A stretch of 64,000 nucleotides of DNA from Candidatus Marinacidobacterales bacterium (GCA_965219415.1 CBDCNP010000002.1:1120001-1184000), one strand, 5' to 3'; numbered from the stretch's first letter, positions 9,324 through 20,115 are shown. The notes: a model not told the origin generated them from the letters alone. Program-made: numbers and translations.

Positions 9324-10683
9324 ATGCAAAGACATTTGAAGATAGCTGCCACGATAGCGATTACAGGCTTGCTCAGCCTGCCTGTGTTTGGTGTGCAAGA
9401 GTCCGGTCTTCTGATCGAGAACGTGACCTTGATCGACGGTACCGAAAAAGCGCCACAGGCGAACGCATCCGTGTTGGTGCAAGGCGACCGCATCCTTCGC
9501 GTTCGGGATCGCACTATTCAAGCTCCCTCCGGAACCCAACGGATCGACGGCACCGGAAAGTCTTGATCCCCGGTCTGATGGATATGCACGTCCACATTCG
9601 AGGCATTCCGGATGGCAACCTCTATGTTGGATCGCAGCAAGGCGACTACGAACGTGTAGGGGTACAGGTCCTCCATTCGTACCTCTACTCAGGGGTGACC
9701 TCCCTCTTCGACTCCGGCAATAATCCGGACTTCATTATGGGTCTGCGCGATAAGGAGCGTTCGGGCGCCATCACGAGCCCCCGCATCTTCGCCACCGGCG
9801 GCATCGTCACCGCACCCGGTAGCCACGGCGGTTTCGAAGGAGCAACCCTGGTCGACGACTGGCCGGAGGCCATCGCCAAGCTGGATGAGCACATCGCACG
9901 CGAGCCCGACATGGTCAAGCTGACCTACGAAGAACGCGGATGGAGGAGCCGCCCTCAGTTCCCCTGCTCGACCTCGATCTGATGCAGCGCATCATCGAGT
10001 ACTACAACGACCACGGCATCCGTGCGACGGTGCGTACGTCCAACGAGAACAGGACGCGAGAAGCGATCTTCGCCGGCGTGGACGCTCTTTCTCACCCCAT
10101 CTCGATCCGGGGGCCTTTGACGGAAGAGTTCGCCCGACTCATGGGTGCCAAGAAGATCCCCACCGTCTCTACGTTGACGATCGGAGAAAACTACAGTCGC
10201 TTGGTGGATGACCCGGCGTTTCTCGATCAGCGGTTATACCAAGCTACTCTGGAACCGGCCGAGATCGAGCGCCTCAAGACGGAAGAAAGGCCAAAACAGG
10301 AGGCGCGCCCGTGGACTTGGTGGATGAAGATCATGACCCCCATCGCCCAAGAAAATCTCCGGATGGTGCACGAGCAAGGGGGCATCATCGTCGCGGGCAC
10401 CGACCAGTCGTTGGGTCCCGCTTTGCATCGCGAGATGGAGCTCCTCGTCGCAGCGGGGTTCTCTCCTGCCGATGTGATCCGTTGTGCCACACTCAACGCG
10501 GCCATCTTCCTCGGAAAATCGGACGACCTGGGCTCGGTCGAAGAAGGAAAGCTCGCCGACCTAGTTCTTCTCGATGCCGACCCGACGCAAGACATCGACA
10601 ACGCAAAGCGCATCTCCTTGGTCGTCAAAAATGGACAAGTGATCGACCTATCTAAGTTGGACCTACCCGTGAATCGGAGGTGA
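9324..10683 (+). pseudogene. Secreted amidohydrolase split by two frameshifts
   Basis: Three consecutive frames give signal peptide/ENVTLIDGT, PGLMDMHVH and GTD...GSVEEGKLADLVLLDADP. Shifts at ~9560 and ~9955. Confidence 0.8.
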
Positions 10684-10716
10684 AGCATGTCTCTATCGGA
10701 GGTGAAGCATGTCTCT
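10673..10716 (+). repeat. Perfect 22-bp tandem duplication (ATCGGAGGTGAAGCATGTCTCT)x2
   Basis: Copies at 10673-10694 and 10695-10716; each contains a GGAGG RBS, TGA and ATG. Confidence 0.95.
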
Positions 10717-12034
10717 ACGAACCACCGTTCTTCTCTTGTCACTCGCTCTGATCGCGGCCGATTCCTTCGCCGGCGAAGCCAACGATGAATGGCAAATCAA
10801 CTGCATGATCCGCAAAGACAAGTTTCGATTTGTCCTCCCGCAGGCCATGCGAAGGAACAACATCGACATGTGGATCGTCATCGACAAGGGCCGCGGTACC
10901 GAGCCGCTGTTCCGGGATCTCGGGATCGCCACCAGTAACGGCAACGGCCTTTTCGTTTTCACCGACCGAGGCGACCGGATAGAAAAAACGCAAATGGGCG
11001 GCCACGACGATCTGGCAAAGAGGTGCGGCGCCTACGACATCATCGGCGGGCGGCGCGGCGACCTGAGGTCCTTTGTCGCGGAGCGAGATCCGGAGCGAAT
11101 CGGTGTGAATTTCACGACCGACGAGGAGCTCTTCCCTCCCGAAGGCCGCCACCTGAGCAATGGGATTTCGCATACCGACTACAAGAATCTCGAGGCAACG
11201 CTCGGCGATCCCTATGCGTCCCGCCTGGTGTCGGCGGAACGCCTGATCGCGGACTTCCGCGCCCAGCGGGTGGCCAGCGAAGTCATCGAATTCTCCAAGA
11301 TCGCCGATATCACGCGGAAACTCGAAGAACGCGCCTTGTCGAACGAGGTCATCACCCCGGGCAAGACCTCGCAGGCCGATCTCGTTTGGTGGCTGGAGGA
11401 GCAGCGAAAGGCCATGGGCCTGGAACGCGGTTGGCGCCCCTCCGTATATCTGAGCCCGCCCGACGGTGTCGAGATTGGGGACTCCAACCGGGTCATTCGG
11501 CGCGGCGACGTCATGCAGATCGACTATGGGATCGGCCGCAACAACTTCTTCACCGACGTCAAACGTTTTGCATATGTTTTAAGGGAGGGAGAAACCGAGG
11601 CCCCCGACTGGGTCAAGAAAGCCCTCGAAGAATCGGTCAAGGTGCGCAACATCATCCAGTCAAGCGTGGTGAGCGGGAAAACGGGACGCGTGCAAATCGA
11701 CAACCTGAAACGGCTGGTCAAGGCGGCTGGATACGTCTATACCGAGGAAGAGCGGGCCAGCGATGTCGAAGGCATCGAAGTCAATATCGGCATGCATGCT
11801 GCCGGCAACCTGGGGCACGACGTCGGTGCCGGCCTCTTCGAAATCTATCCGACACGAACGACCTATGAAGTCCGGCCCAACAGCATCATTTCGGTCGAGT
11901 TCATCGTGTTTACCCCCGCCGACGAATGGGGCGGCAAGAAAGTGCCGGTCAACATCGAAGAGAACGTGTTGATCACGGACCATGGAATCGAATGGCTGGT
12001 CCCCACGCAGAATGAAGTCTTGGTGATCCGATGA
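10709..12034 (+). CDS. Secreted M24-like paralog 3
   Basis: Signal peptide; IDYG..FTD, GMH, VEF, IEEN (full D-D-H-E-E set). Confidence 0.85.
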   Translation: MSLRTTVLLLSLALIAADSFAGEANDEWQINCMIRKDKFRFVLPQAMRRNNIDMWIVIDKGRGTEPLFRDLGIATSNGNGLFVFTDRGDRIEKTQMGGHDDLAKRCGAYDIIGGRRGDLRSFVAERDPERIGVNFTTDEELFPPEGRHLSNGISHTDYKNLEATLGDPYASRLVSAERLIADFRAQRVASEVIEFSKIADITRKLEERALSNEVITPGKTSQADLVWWLEEQRKAMGLERGWRPSVYLSPPDGVEIGDSNRVIRRGDVMQIDYGIGRNNFFTDVKRFAYVLREGETEAPDWVKKALEESVKVRNIIQSSVVSGKTGRVQIDNLKRLVKAAGYVYTEEERASDVEGIEVNIGMHAAGNLGHDVGAGLFEIYPTRTTYEVRPNSIISVEFIVFTPADEWGGKKVPVNIEENVLITDHGIEWLVPTQNEVLVIR

Positions 12035-13233
12035 AAGAAGCTACCGCCCTTTCACGATTGCTTTTTCTCGCGCTCGGCCTCTCCATGGTGAGCTGCGCGC
12101 CGACACCAAACCAGACCGCGCATCGGTACGATTCCTTCAATCTCGAGCGAGCCATCAAGAACTCGCAAGCCGTTATCGACGGAGTCCGGGCGGAGAACCC
12201 CACGCAAGGCGCCGACAACAAGGAGCAAGAACGAGAGTTCTTCGGCCATGGCATCGAATCTTTCCAAGAGCTCGTTGCCGACGCTCAGACCATGGTCGAG
12301 GCGGGCACTGCGTCTTCGGAAGACGTCCATCGCATGGTCGTGGAGTTGATCGCATGGCAGTACTTTTTTACACCTCACAATGTCTCTATTCCGCCCACAC
12401 CCCTGGTGGAGTCTGGCGACAAGATCATCGCGCCTCCCGAGGGAGTCCATCCTTTTTACAAGAGGTACATGAACGTCTACGTGGACGACTACCGTCACGG
12501 GTGCCCGATCATCACTTCTGGGGAAGTTCCCGACGCCGCTATCTACAAAGTCCGAGAGACGATGCTGAAGCTTATGAAGCGCCAGGATATCCGTGAGGCG
12601 CTCGCGGCCAACAACATTCGGGTTGCACTGCGTGGCGCCGACGAACGAAACAGCGACCATCCGGGCATCATCGGCCCCGGAGGCGCGGTCCCGGGTCAGC
12701 CCACGACCTATATAGAAGAAGAAGGCGTCTATTGGACGGACGAGAACGGGGTACCGCACGAGGCTTTCGCGCGCCTGAACCGGCACGTCGCGGTCGAGGA
12801 GTTCGGCCATTCGGTTCATGCCAGCGCCCTGCCCTTTATCGAGCCTGATCGGGACATCCTGGAAGAGATCAACGATGCGTTTCGCACCGCGGTGCGAAAC
12901 GGCTACTACGATCCAGATCCCGATAGTGGCAAGGACTTACTGACCGACCCCGATCGCGCCGAGGAGCTAGCGTTCCTACTAGCGGAAGAGTACAAGCCGG
13001 ATCCTGAGAGGATCGAGAGCTTGCCGCCTGGCATGAGGCCCTACGCCGGCCGGGACTTCCGTGCAGGAGAATACTTCGCAGTGGGTCTCGACTTGATGTA
13101 CGGCGTAAAGCACGAAAACCGCGAGTACAAGCTGGAAAGCGTCGAGGAGATGAAGGCGAAGGATCCCAAGCTCTACAAGCTACTCACCGATTTTTGGGAC
13201 GACGACGGCTGGTCGCCGTACGACGGGAAGTAG
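12031..13233 (+). CDS. Lipoprotein, zincin-like with EEFGHSVH motif
   Basis: MVSC lipobox; EEFGHSVH ... EYFAVG ... KDPKLY. ATGA-coupled to the upstream M24 gene. Confidence 0.7.
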   Translation: MKEATALSRLLFLALGLSMVSCAPTPNQTAHRYDSFNLERAIKNSQAVIDGVRAENPTQGADNKEQEREFFGHGIESFQELVADAQTMVEAGTASSEDVHRMVVELIAWQYFFTPHNVSIPPTPLVESGDKIIAPPEGVHPFYKRYMNVYVDDYRHGCPIITSGEVPDAAIYKVRETMLKLMKRQDIREALAANNIRVALRGADERNSDHPGIIGPGGAVPGQPTTYIEEEGVYWTDENGVPHEAFARLNRHVAVEEFGHSVHASALPFIEPDRDILEEINDAFRTAVRNGYYDPDPDSGKDLLTDPDRAEELAFLLAEEYKPDPERIESLPPGMRPYAGRDFRAGEYFAVGLDLMYGVKHENREYKLESVEEMKAKDPKLYKLLTDFWDDDGWSPYDGK

Positions 13234-13264
13234 CTGAACCTAGAGATCTACACCATGGATCTCG

Positions 13265-14728
13265 ATGGCTGAATCCACAACGATTCTCGCCGGCGCGGTC
13301 TTCTATGTCATCATCCTCATGGCGGTGGGCTTCTACGCCAGCCGAAACGTTAGAGACAGCACTGATTTCATTGTTGCCGGGCGTAGGCTCCCCCTCTGGC
13401 TGTGCGTCTTTACCGTCTTCGCTACCTGGTTCGGTTCGGGCACTCTGATCGGCGCCGCGGGAGCGGCCTACAGCAACGGTATCCCGGGCGTGCTATCCAA
13501 TCCCGTCGGCTCGGCCATTTGCTTGTTCCTGGCGGGTCTCTTCTACGTGCGCATTCTCCGCCGCATGCGTTTGCTCACTTTGCCGGACTTGTTTCGGCAG
13601 CGTTTCGGCAAATGTGCGGAGATCTTGTCCGCGGTCTGTATCATTCCCGCGTATGTCGGATGGGTGGCCTCCATATTCGTCGCCTTCGGATACGTGCTTC
13701 ACACCATCGCCGGTGTCGACACCACCACCGCCATTGTGGTCAGCGCCGCGGTTACCTTGATCTACACGTTCGCCGGCGGGATGTGGGCGGTCTCGCTCAC
13801 CGACTTCGTGCAGGCGCTGATTATCATCGTCGGCTTAGTCGTCTTGTATCCCCTCGTCTTGGGCGACGTCGGCGGCTTGAGCGGCTTGGTGGCACGAGCA
13901 CCGCCAGGGCATTTCTCGCTTCTTCCCGAGAATCACCTCAAGGACTGGCTGTGGTTCATACAGGCCTTGCTGGTGATCGGCCTGGGCAATATCGCGTCCC
14001 AAGATCTGCTCCAGCGGGCGTTCGCTGCGCGCGATGAAAAAGTTGCGCAATGGAGCATGTACATCACGACCTTTCTCTACATAACCATCGCGATGATTCC
14101 GGTTCTGCTCGGCATCGCCGGCCGCGTGATCATGCCCGACATCGGGGATCCGGAGTTCATTCTCCCATCGCTAGGCATGAAGTACCTACCTCCGGTGGCG
14201 ATGGCGGTCTTTGTCGGAGCCCTCTTCTCGGCGCTGATGAGCTCGGCGGACGGAGGCGTGCTCGCACCGGCTAGCATTTTCGGCCAGAACATCCTGAGGG
14301 CTTTCAAACGCGACATGTCGGAGCGAGAGCTTCTGTGGTCGATACGCTGGGCCATCCTCGGTGTAGGGTTGTTCTCGTTGATAACCGCGCTCTACTTCCA
14401 AAACGTCTATACATTGATGGTCAAATCTTTCTCTATTCTGTTCGTTGGATTGATCATTCCGATGACCGCCGCTCTCTACTGGCCAAGAGCGAACAATCCA
14501 GGTGCAGTCGCTAGCATACTTGTCGGCATGGGGAGTTGGCTGACTTTGGAAGTGGCTCGGATCGAGTATCCCGCGGATCTGATCGCGGCGGGCTTAGGGC
14601 TGGCAGCGCTGGTGCTGGTCACCCTGGCGACAGAGCAGAGGGTTCCGGCCCTGCCTCTCACCGATGTCGATGGTCATCCACTCGAGTATCGAGAGCGTTT
14701 GGGGAGGTTCGGATTTCCCCGTTCATGA
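13265..14728 (+). CDS. Sodium:solute symporter (SSS; choline-transporter-like)
   Basis: DFIVAGRRLP, ATWFG, YTFAGGMWAVSLTD, SALMSSAD; about 13 TM segments. Confidence 0.9.
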   Translation: MAESTTILAGAVFYVIILMAVGFYASRNVRDSTDFIVAGRRLPLWLCVFTVFATWFGSGTLIGAAGAAYSNGIPGVLSNPVGSAICLFLAGLFYVRILRRMRLLTLPDLFRQRFGKCAEILSAVCIIPAYVGWVASIFVAFGYVLHTIAGVDTTTAIVVSAAVTLIYTFAGGMWAVSLTDFVQALIIIVGLVVLYPLVLGDVGGLSGLVARAPPGHFSLLPENHLKDWLWFIQALLVIGLGNIASQDLLQRAFAARDEKVAQWSMYITTFLYITIAMIPVLLGIAGRVIMPDIGDPEFILPSLGMKYLPPVAMAVFVGALFSALMSSADGGVLAPASIFGQNILRAFKRDMSERELLWSIRWAILGVGLFSLITALYFQNVYTLMVKSFSILFVGLIIPMTAALYWPRANNPGAVASILVGMGSWLTLEVARIEYPADLIAAGLGLAALVLVTLATEQRVPALPLTDVDGHPLEYRERLGRFGFPRS

Positions 14729-14745
14729 GAAAGGATCGAAGACCA

Positions 14746-16488
14746 ATGAGACCGAATAGGAAATCCGGGACTTTTGTGCTTCTCCTACTTGCCGGTGCGG
14801 TCTTTGGAGCAGAGAGCGACACGGAACTAGATGCCTTGATTACCCGGTTCTATCGGCCCGGGGAGCAAGAGAAGGCGCCGTTTCAAGGAATGGGTCGAGC
14901 CACTTACCTGGCACGTATTCAAAGGGCGAAAGATTTCTTGCGGGAATTGCACGAGCGGATCGACTACGACCAACTCGATATCGCCGACCAAGTGGACTAT
15001 GACTATTTCCGGGCCCAGCTGGACAACAGCATTCTAATGATGGAAGTACTGCGGCGGTGGGAAAGGGATCCATCGATGTACTTTCCATTCGACGCATTTT
15101 TCGAACCCCTTTTGGATGAAGGGAGCCCGTGGGAAGAACGCTTCGAGCAAATGGTCCAAGGCATGGAAGAGAGTGTCGTGCGATTCCAATGGGGAAAGGA
15201 GAACCTGAAAGATCCGCCACTGGTTTGGACGGAGCAGGCGATTCGCCATTGCGACGGAATCATGCGCTACTTCCGGCAGTCCGTACCCAAGTTGCTCGAG
15301 CGGTCACCCTCGGCCTCCCTGAAGGAACGGCTTTCGGCCGCGTCCGAGAACTACCAGAAGCGTCTGGTCGATTACAAGCATTTCCTCGAGACCGACTTGA
15401 AACCGCGATCCACGGGCACCTTTGCCATCCGGGAAGAGAACTATGACCGCATGCTCGAGGACTATTTTCTGGACTATACCGTCGACGAACTGATCGATTG
15501 GGGGAAACGACTCTACGACGAAAACGTAGCTCTCATGGAACGCGTGGCCGCACAAATCGATCCCGACAAGACCTGGCAGGAGTTGCTGCAGGAAAACATG
15601 ATGGACCATCCGGCGCCGTGGGAGCTGTACACCACACTCGCCCGTGAGGCAGACCGGGCGAGAGAGATCGTCTACACCAAGCTAGTGAATGTACCGGAGG
15701 GGATGACCGAGCAGTACCGATACGTGGAAGCCGGGCACTGGGCGACGCTGCCAAGGGGCGCTTCTGGCATTGGGCCGTTCGTCTTCACGGGAGACGCGCA
15801 CGTCGGCTACTATGCGCTCCCTTCCATCGACTTCTACGACTCGTTCGAGAGAAAAAACGAGTTGATGCTCGATTTGAGTCGCGCCTGGTTCATCGCTCAG
15901 CAGATCCCCCACGAAGTGTATCCCGGCCACCATTTCCAGGTGTTCATGGCCTCGCAGAACGAGCGCCCGGCCCGGCGACTGGTGGGAGCCAGTCCCTTCA
16001 CTGACGTCGGCGCTTCGTTTAGCGAGGGGTTCGCGGTTTATTCCGAAGAAGTGATGTACGATCTGGGTTATCTACAGAACGACCCCCGACTGTATCTTGC
16101 GCATCTTGCCCATCGCCATTGGCGCATTGCCCGCGTCAGCATCGATCCGTTGGTCCATGCGCGGGGAATGAGCTATGAAGAAGCCCACAAATTCTTCATG
16201 GATGCCGGCCTAACGGAAGGACAGGCTCATGTGGAAACGACCCAAATCACACGGATGCCGGTCCACGACGTAGCCTATTACGTCGGAAAGCTAGAGGTGA
16301 TGGATCTTCTCAGGGAGTACCGAGAATTAGCCGGAGACGATTTCGATTACAAGAGATTTCATACCGGGCTGATGCTACTCGGGGGAACTCCGGTGAAACT
16401 TGCAAGGAAGGAAATGCTGGCCAAATTCGTAGAAAAAACTAGCCGCGGTAGTCGATCACCACTCAGAACCCGAAGTGATCATCGATAG
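14746..16488 (+). CDS. Secreted DUF885-family protein
   Basis: HEVYPGHHFQ, FSEGFAVYSE, YYVGKL, FDYKRFH; signal peptide. Confidence 0.85.
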   Translation: MRPNRKSGTFVLLLLAGAVFGAESDTELDALITRFYRPGEQEKAPFQGMGRATYLARIQRAKDFLRELHERIDYDQLDIADQVDYDYFRAQLDNSILMMEVLRRWERDPSMYFPFDAFFEPLLDEGSPWEERFEQMVQGMEESVVRFQWGKENLKDPPLVWTEQAIRHCDGIMRYFRQSVPKLLERSPSASLKERLSAASENYQKRLVDYKHFLETDLKPRSTGTFAIREENYDRMLEDYFLDYTVDELIDWGKRLYDENVALMERVAAQIDPDKTWQELLQENMMDHPAPWELYTTLAREADRAREIVYTKLVNVPEGMTEQYRYVEAGHWATLPRGASGIGPFVFTGDAHVGYYALPSIDFYDSFERKNELMLDLSRAWFIAQQIPHEVYPGHHFQVFMASQNERPARRLVGASPFTDVGASFSEGFAVYSEEVMYDLGYLQNDPRLYLAHLAHRHWRIARVSIDPLVHARGMSYEEAHKFFMDAGLTEGQAHVETTQITRMPVHDVAYYVGKLEVMDLLREYRELAGDDFDYKRFHTGLMLLGGTPVKLARKEMLAKFVEKTSRGSRSPLRTRSDHR

Positions 16489-17517
16489 TCACACAACCGT
16501 CATCTTCATCCAATCCGCCGTGTTGTGGAAGTCGGCGACGAAGCTCCCGGGCGGCACTAATTCGTCGCACGCCGCGCGCAGATCGTCGCTTAGCTCCATC
16601 CCCATCAAGGGCACCAATCTTTCGAGCTGCTCGGACGTTCGAGGACCGACCAGTGGTGCGGTGATCCCCGGCTGGTCTTTGCACCAGAGAACGGCCAGTT
16701 GCGCTGAACTCAGACCCGCCTCTTTTGCGATCGCGGCGAGCTGGCGAGCGATGTCGATTCCCGCCGCGGTCACCCGGTCGGCGTAGTAGCCGCCTCTCAA
16801 TGCCGCGCGGGAACCCTCCGGGTACTCGGTGTCGGCCGCGTAACGCCCGGAGAGAATACCCTGCGCCATCGGCGCCCAACTGATGATCCCCAGTCCCCAC
16901 TTCTGACACATCGGGATGAGCTCGTTCTCGATGCGCCGGTCGAGCAGATTGTAGGGCGGCTGCTCGGATACGTAACGCACGTAACCTTTCAGCTCGCTGG
17001 TCATGAGGGCTTCCATCACCATCCATGCCGGGTGTGTGGAGCAGCCGACGTAGCGCACTTTGCCCTGGCGGACGAGGTCGGTCAGTGCTCCCAGCGTCTC
17101 GTCGATCGGAGTTTCGGGAGAGGGACGATGCATCTGATAGAAATCGATGTAGTCCGTTTGCAACCGAGCGAGTGCCTCCTCACAGGCGCGGATAATGTTC
17201 AGGCGAGAATGGCCATGGTGGTTGGGATTGATTCCGGGCGCGTAGACGTCGAGGTTCACCCCCGGCACGTGATCGACCTTGGTCGAAATGAGCGTCGAGT
17301 GGCGACGGCCGTTGGACTTGAGCGCTCGGCCGATGATCCTTTCGCCCTCTCCCTCGGCGTAGATGTCGCCGGTATCCAGCAGGTTGATGCCGGCATCGAA
17401 CGCCCGGTCGAGCATCTCGATGCACTCCGCTTCGGGTGTCGCGTCCGCGAAGTTATCGGTCCCGAAGCACAGTGGAGAGACCCTTACGCCGGTTCGACCT
17501 AGCTGGCGGTATTCCAC
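16489..17517 (-). CDS. Aldo/keto reductase (copy 1)
   Basis: LGRTGVRVS, DTGDIY, STK, RLQTDYID, GKVRY, QPPYNLL. Confidence 0.92.
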   Translation of the reverse strand: MEYRQLGRTGVRVSPLCFGTDNFADATPEAECIEMLDRAFDAGINLLDTGDIYAEGEGERIIGRALKSNGRRHSTLISTKVDHVPGVNLDVYAPGINPNHHGHSRLNIIRACEEALARLQTDYIDFYQMHRPSPETPIDETLGALTDLVRQGKVRYVGCSTHPAWMVMEALMTSELKGYVRYVSEQPPYNLLDRRIENELIPMCQKWGLGIISWAPMAQGILSGRYAADTEYPEGSRAALRGGYYADRVTAAGIDIARQLAAIAKEAGLSSAQLAVLWCKDQPGITAPLVGPRTSEQLERLVPLMGMELSDDLRAACDELVPPGSFVADFHNTADWMKMTVV

Positions 17518-17519
17518 AG

Positions 17520-18866
17520 TTAGGGAACCAAAATGATCTTCTCATTCGGCGGATACAACCACTCCACCCCGTTGGCGGTGACGACGTGATTGTCTTCGAA
17601 ATTGATGGCCAATCGCCTATTCCATTCCGGCATCCAGGTGTGAACGATGTACTCGAACGAGAACAAGTTGTTCGGTTGAATCATGACGTGGCCGCGATAC
17701 GGTCGAAACGGGGCAATGGCAGGTCCCACCGCGACCTCACTGTTTCCAGTGTTGCCTACCGTATGACAATCGATGGAGATCCCCGGTCTCGGATCGTCCC
17801 CCAGTGCAGCCACGATTTCGCGATCTCTATCTGTATCCTCGAACGGCGTGTAGACGTAACCCGCTTCTTCGAGTGCGGCGACGATCGCCTTCAGCGTGTC
17901 GCCCGCGGTGCGACCCACTCTGATATTTCGGCGGATAATGGGTCTTGCGTCCAGACCGTATTGCCATGCCTTGGCGACACTATCCGGCACCTCGGTCTCC
18001 CCTTCACGCAGGAGATAGGCGTTTCGCTTCCAATCGGTTCCGAAATTGAGCCATCGGAGATTCGCGTCCCAAGACAACAGATCGCCGGGCTGCAGTATGT
18101 AATCGCTCTTCCTTGTTTCCGACCGGTCTGACACATGAGAGTGCATCACACCCGGCATGCTCCTACTCGTGCCGTACAAGGACGTCCACAACCCTTTTTC
18201 CATTTGGCGGTCTTGAGCCCACCAACCCACGTCCTCCAGCGTCGTGATCCCCGGCTTGATATGACGATACGCCGACTCCATGATCTGCCGTTGTATCTCC
18301 GAGATGTTCGCGAAGGCGATGATCTCCCTCTGCACTCTTCTGACCCGGAAGTCGGTGATGACGTTCTCCGAGGACGTCAGGCGGGACGCGTACTTGTCGC
18401 CCAGCATTTTGACCAGCTTCAAGTATTGGGTGTGGGAGAGACCGTCGGCATGGGTTAGCCATTCCGACATGTTGACCGCGATGGTTTTCGGATCACGTTC
18501 CGCGACGAACTCGGTCAGTTCGCTCTCCGGGCCAAAGATATCGAAAACGGACCGGTCCGCAAGGTACGCAAAATCGTGTCCGAGAAGCGCTCGTTCGATG
18601 CGGTCGCCACCGCGATCGGTGAAGATGATCCATCCCGCGGTGGCACCGAAGTCCAAGTCGAAAGCGTCGGGATCACCTCTTCGCATGGCGTGGATCCACA
18701 TATCGACGTTGTTGTCCCGCATCGCCCCGGGGAGGATGAGATCAAGCTTTTCCTTACGGATGAGGTTCATGATCTGATAGCGAGTTCGCGCATCCTGAGA
18801 GTAGGCCTCGAGCCCTACCAAAAGCAGGACGGCACTCAATGAAACGAGGAGAATCCTATTCTTCAT
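17520..18866 (-). CDS. Secreted M24-like paralog 4
   Basis: Signal peptide; SWD..GTD, DCH, SFE, NFEDN. Confidence 0.85.
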   Translation of the reverse strand: MKNRILLVSLSAVLLLVGLEAYSQDARTRYQIMNLIRKEKLDLILPGAMRDNNVDMWIHAMRRGDPDAFDLDFGATAGWIIFTDRGGDRIERALLGHDFAYLADRSVFDIFGPESELTEFVAERDPKTIAVNMSEWLTHADGLSHTQYLKLVKMLGDKYASRLTSSENVITDFRVRRVQREIIAFANISEIQRQIMESAYRHIKPGITTLEDVGWWAQDRQMEKGLWTSLYGTSRSMPGVMHSHVSDRSETRKSDYILQPGDLLSWDANLRWLNFGTDWKRNAYLLREGETEVPDSVAKAWQYGLDARPIIRRNIRVGRTAGDTLKAIVAALEEAGYVYTPFEDTDRDREIVAALGDDPRPGISIDCHTVGNTGNSEVAVGPAIAPFRPYRGHVMIQPNNLFSFEYIVHTWMPEWNRRLAINFEDNHVVTANGVEWLYPPNEKIILVP

Positions 18867-18870
18867 GGCT

Positions 18871-20088
18871 CTATTCCTCTACAGCAACTGTATCGTCGCT
18901 GAATTGAAGCAGCTCGATATTGCGGAGTGAGTCCGTTCCATCTCGATCGGCGACTCCGTCACTTACAGTAACGGTCCCCCCTTCTTTCGAGATCTCGTAT
19001 TCGGTAGAAGGCCCGGAAAAGACTGCGGTGTCTTCTCCCTCCCCGCCGTCGAGCTCGTTGTTTCCCGCGTTCCCCGTCAGGACGTTGTCGTAGCCATTGC
19101 CCTTCAGGTTGGCGTCGTTGGCACCGGTCAGGGTCGCTTTCGTCAGGTGCTGAGACTTGTAGGTATAGGCGGCGGATGGATCGAGCTCCATCGAGAACGT
19201 GCCAGAGAAATCCTCGGGAAGCTCAGGAGTATAGGTTAAATAGGGAGGAAAGAACTTCTCGATGACCGCATAGCCCAGCGGGTCTTTCTCCTTCTGCTTT
19301 GCGCGACTGTTGGCGAAGTAGCGGCCGAAGTGAGAGTGCCCTTCCGGAATTTCACCGGGCTCGATAGCTCGCCCTTCATACTTGGTGGGGTGGATCGCCC
19401 ATAGGTCGAGGTAATTGTCGATGAGAACGCCAACGTATTCGTTGGTGTGCTCCTCCGGTTCGTCATCGGGCCAGCCCCGCCAGCCGTTCTCGGTCGCTAC
19501 AGCGTTGGCTTCTTTCATCTCCGCGATCATTTCCGGTAGCGTGGGCTTGATACCGTAATCATGAACCAGGTGCCAGATCTCCTCGTACGATGCATCGCGG
19601 GTCACGTGACTCATATAGTCTTCGTCGCCAACGGCGGGGCTCTCGTTGGCCCGCAGATCCTGCATGCTCAAGTCTGTGGCAACGCCCAGCCCGCCGCGCA
19701 TAGCGGCTTGCAGATCGGGTTGGGTGTTGAAGAAGACCATCGTGGCCTTCTTGTCCGACATCGAGTTGGCGACTGCGGACTTGTCGTCACCATAGGCCGA
19801 GCCCGGGTAGTCGGTGAGGATATACTCCAAGACATTTCTGCCGTGCTTGATCTGGTCATCGGTCCAGCCGTCCTGGGCCAGAATGTGGATGGGTTTTCCG
19901 TTCGGAGCGATGACCTTGGTGTACTTCACGAAGTGCCCCTTGAATACCTCAGGAACGTCATCGGGCAGCGGAACGATACCGTTGGGTGAAGTAGAAGTGT
20001 CGATCTCAGGAAGAGTGACTTGCTCTTTCGGCTGACACGAGACCAGCAAGAAAGAGCTCGCGAGAAGAACTAGCAGTCCGGTTTTCAT
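18871..20088 (-). CDS. Lipoprotein, zincin-like (EEIWHLVH) with C-terminal RTX/serralysin-like Ca-binding tail
   Basis: LVSC lipobox; YEEIWHLVH..NEY..KDP; GNGYDNVLTGNAGNNELDGGEGED; DGTDSLRNIELLQFSD. Confidence 0.75.
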   Translation of the reverse strand: MKTGLLVLLASSFLLVSCQPKEQVTLPEIDTSTSPNGIVPLPDDVPEVFKGHFVKYTKVIAPNGKPIHILAQDGWTDDQIKHGRNVLEYILTDYPGSAYGDDKSAVANSMSDKKATMVFFNTQPDLQAAMRGGLGVATDLSMQDLRANESPAVGDEDYMSHVTRDASYEEIWHLVHDYGIKPTLPEMIAEMKEANAVATENGWRGWPDDEPEEHTNEYVGVLIDNYLDLWAIHPTKYEGRAIEPGEIPEGHSHFGRYFANSRAKQKEKDPLGYAVIEKFFPPYLTYTPELPEDFSGTFSMELDPSAAYTYKSQHLTKATLTGANDANLKGNGYDNVLTGNAGNNELDGGEGEDTAVFSGPSTEYEISKEGGTVTVSDGVADRDGTDSLRNIELLQFSDDTVAVEE

Positions 20089-20115
20089 TCGTAATCCCCT
20101 GAATTCGCAAGCAGC

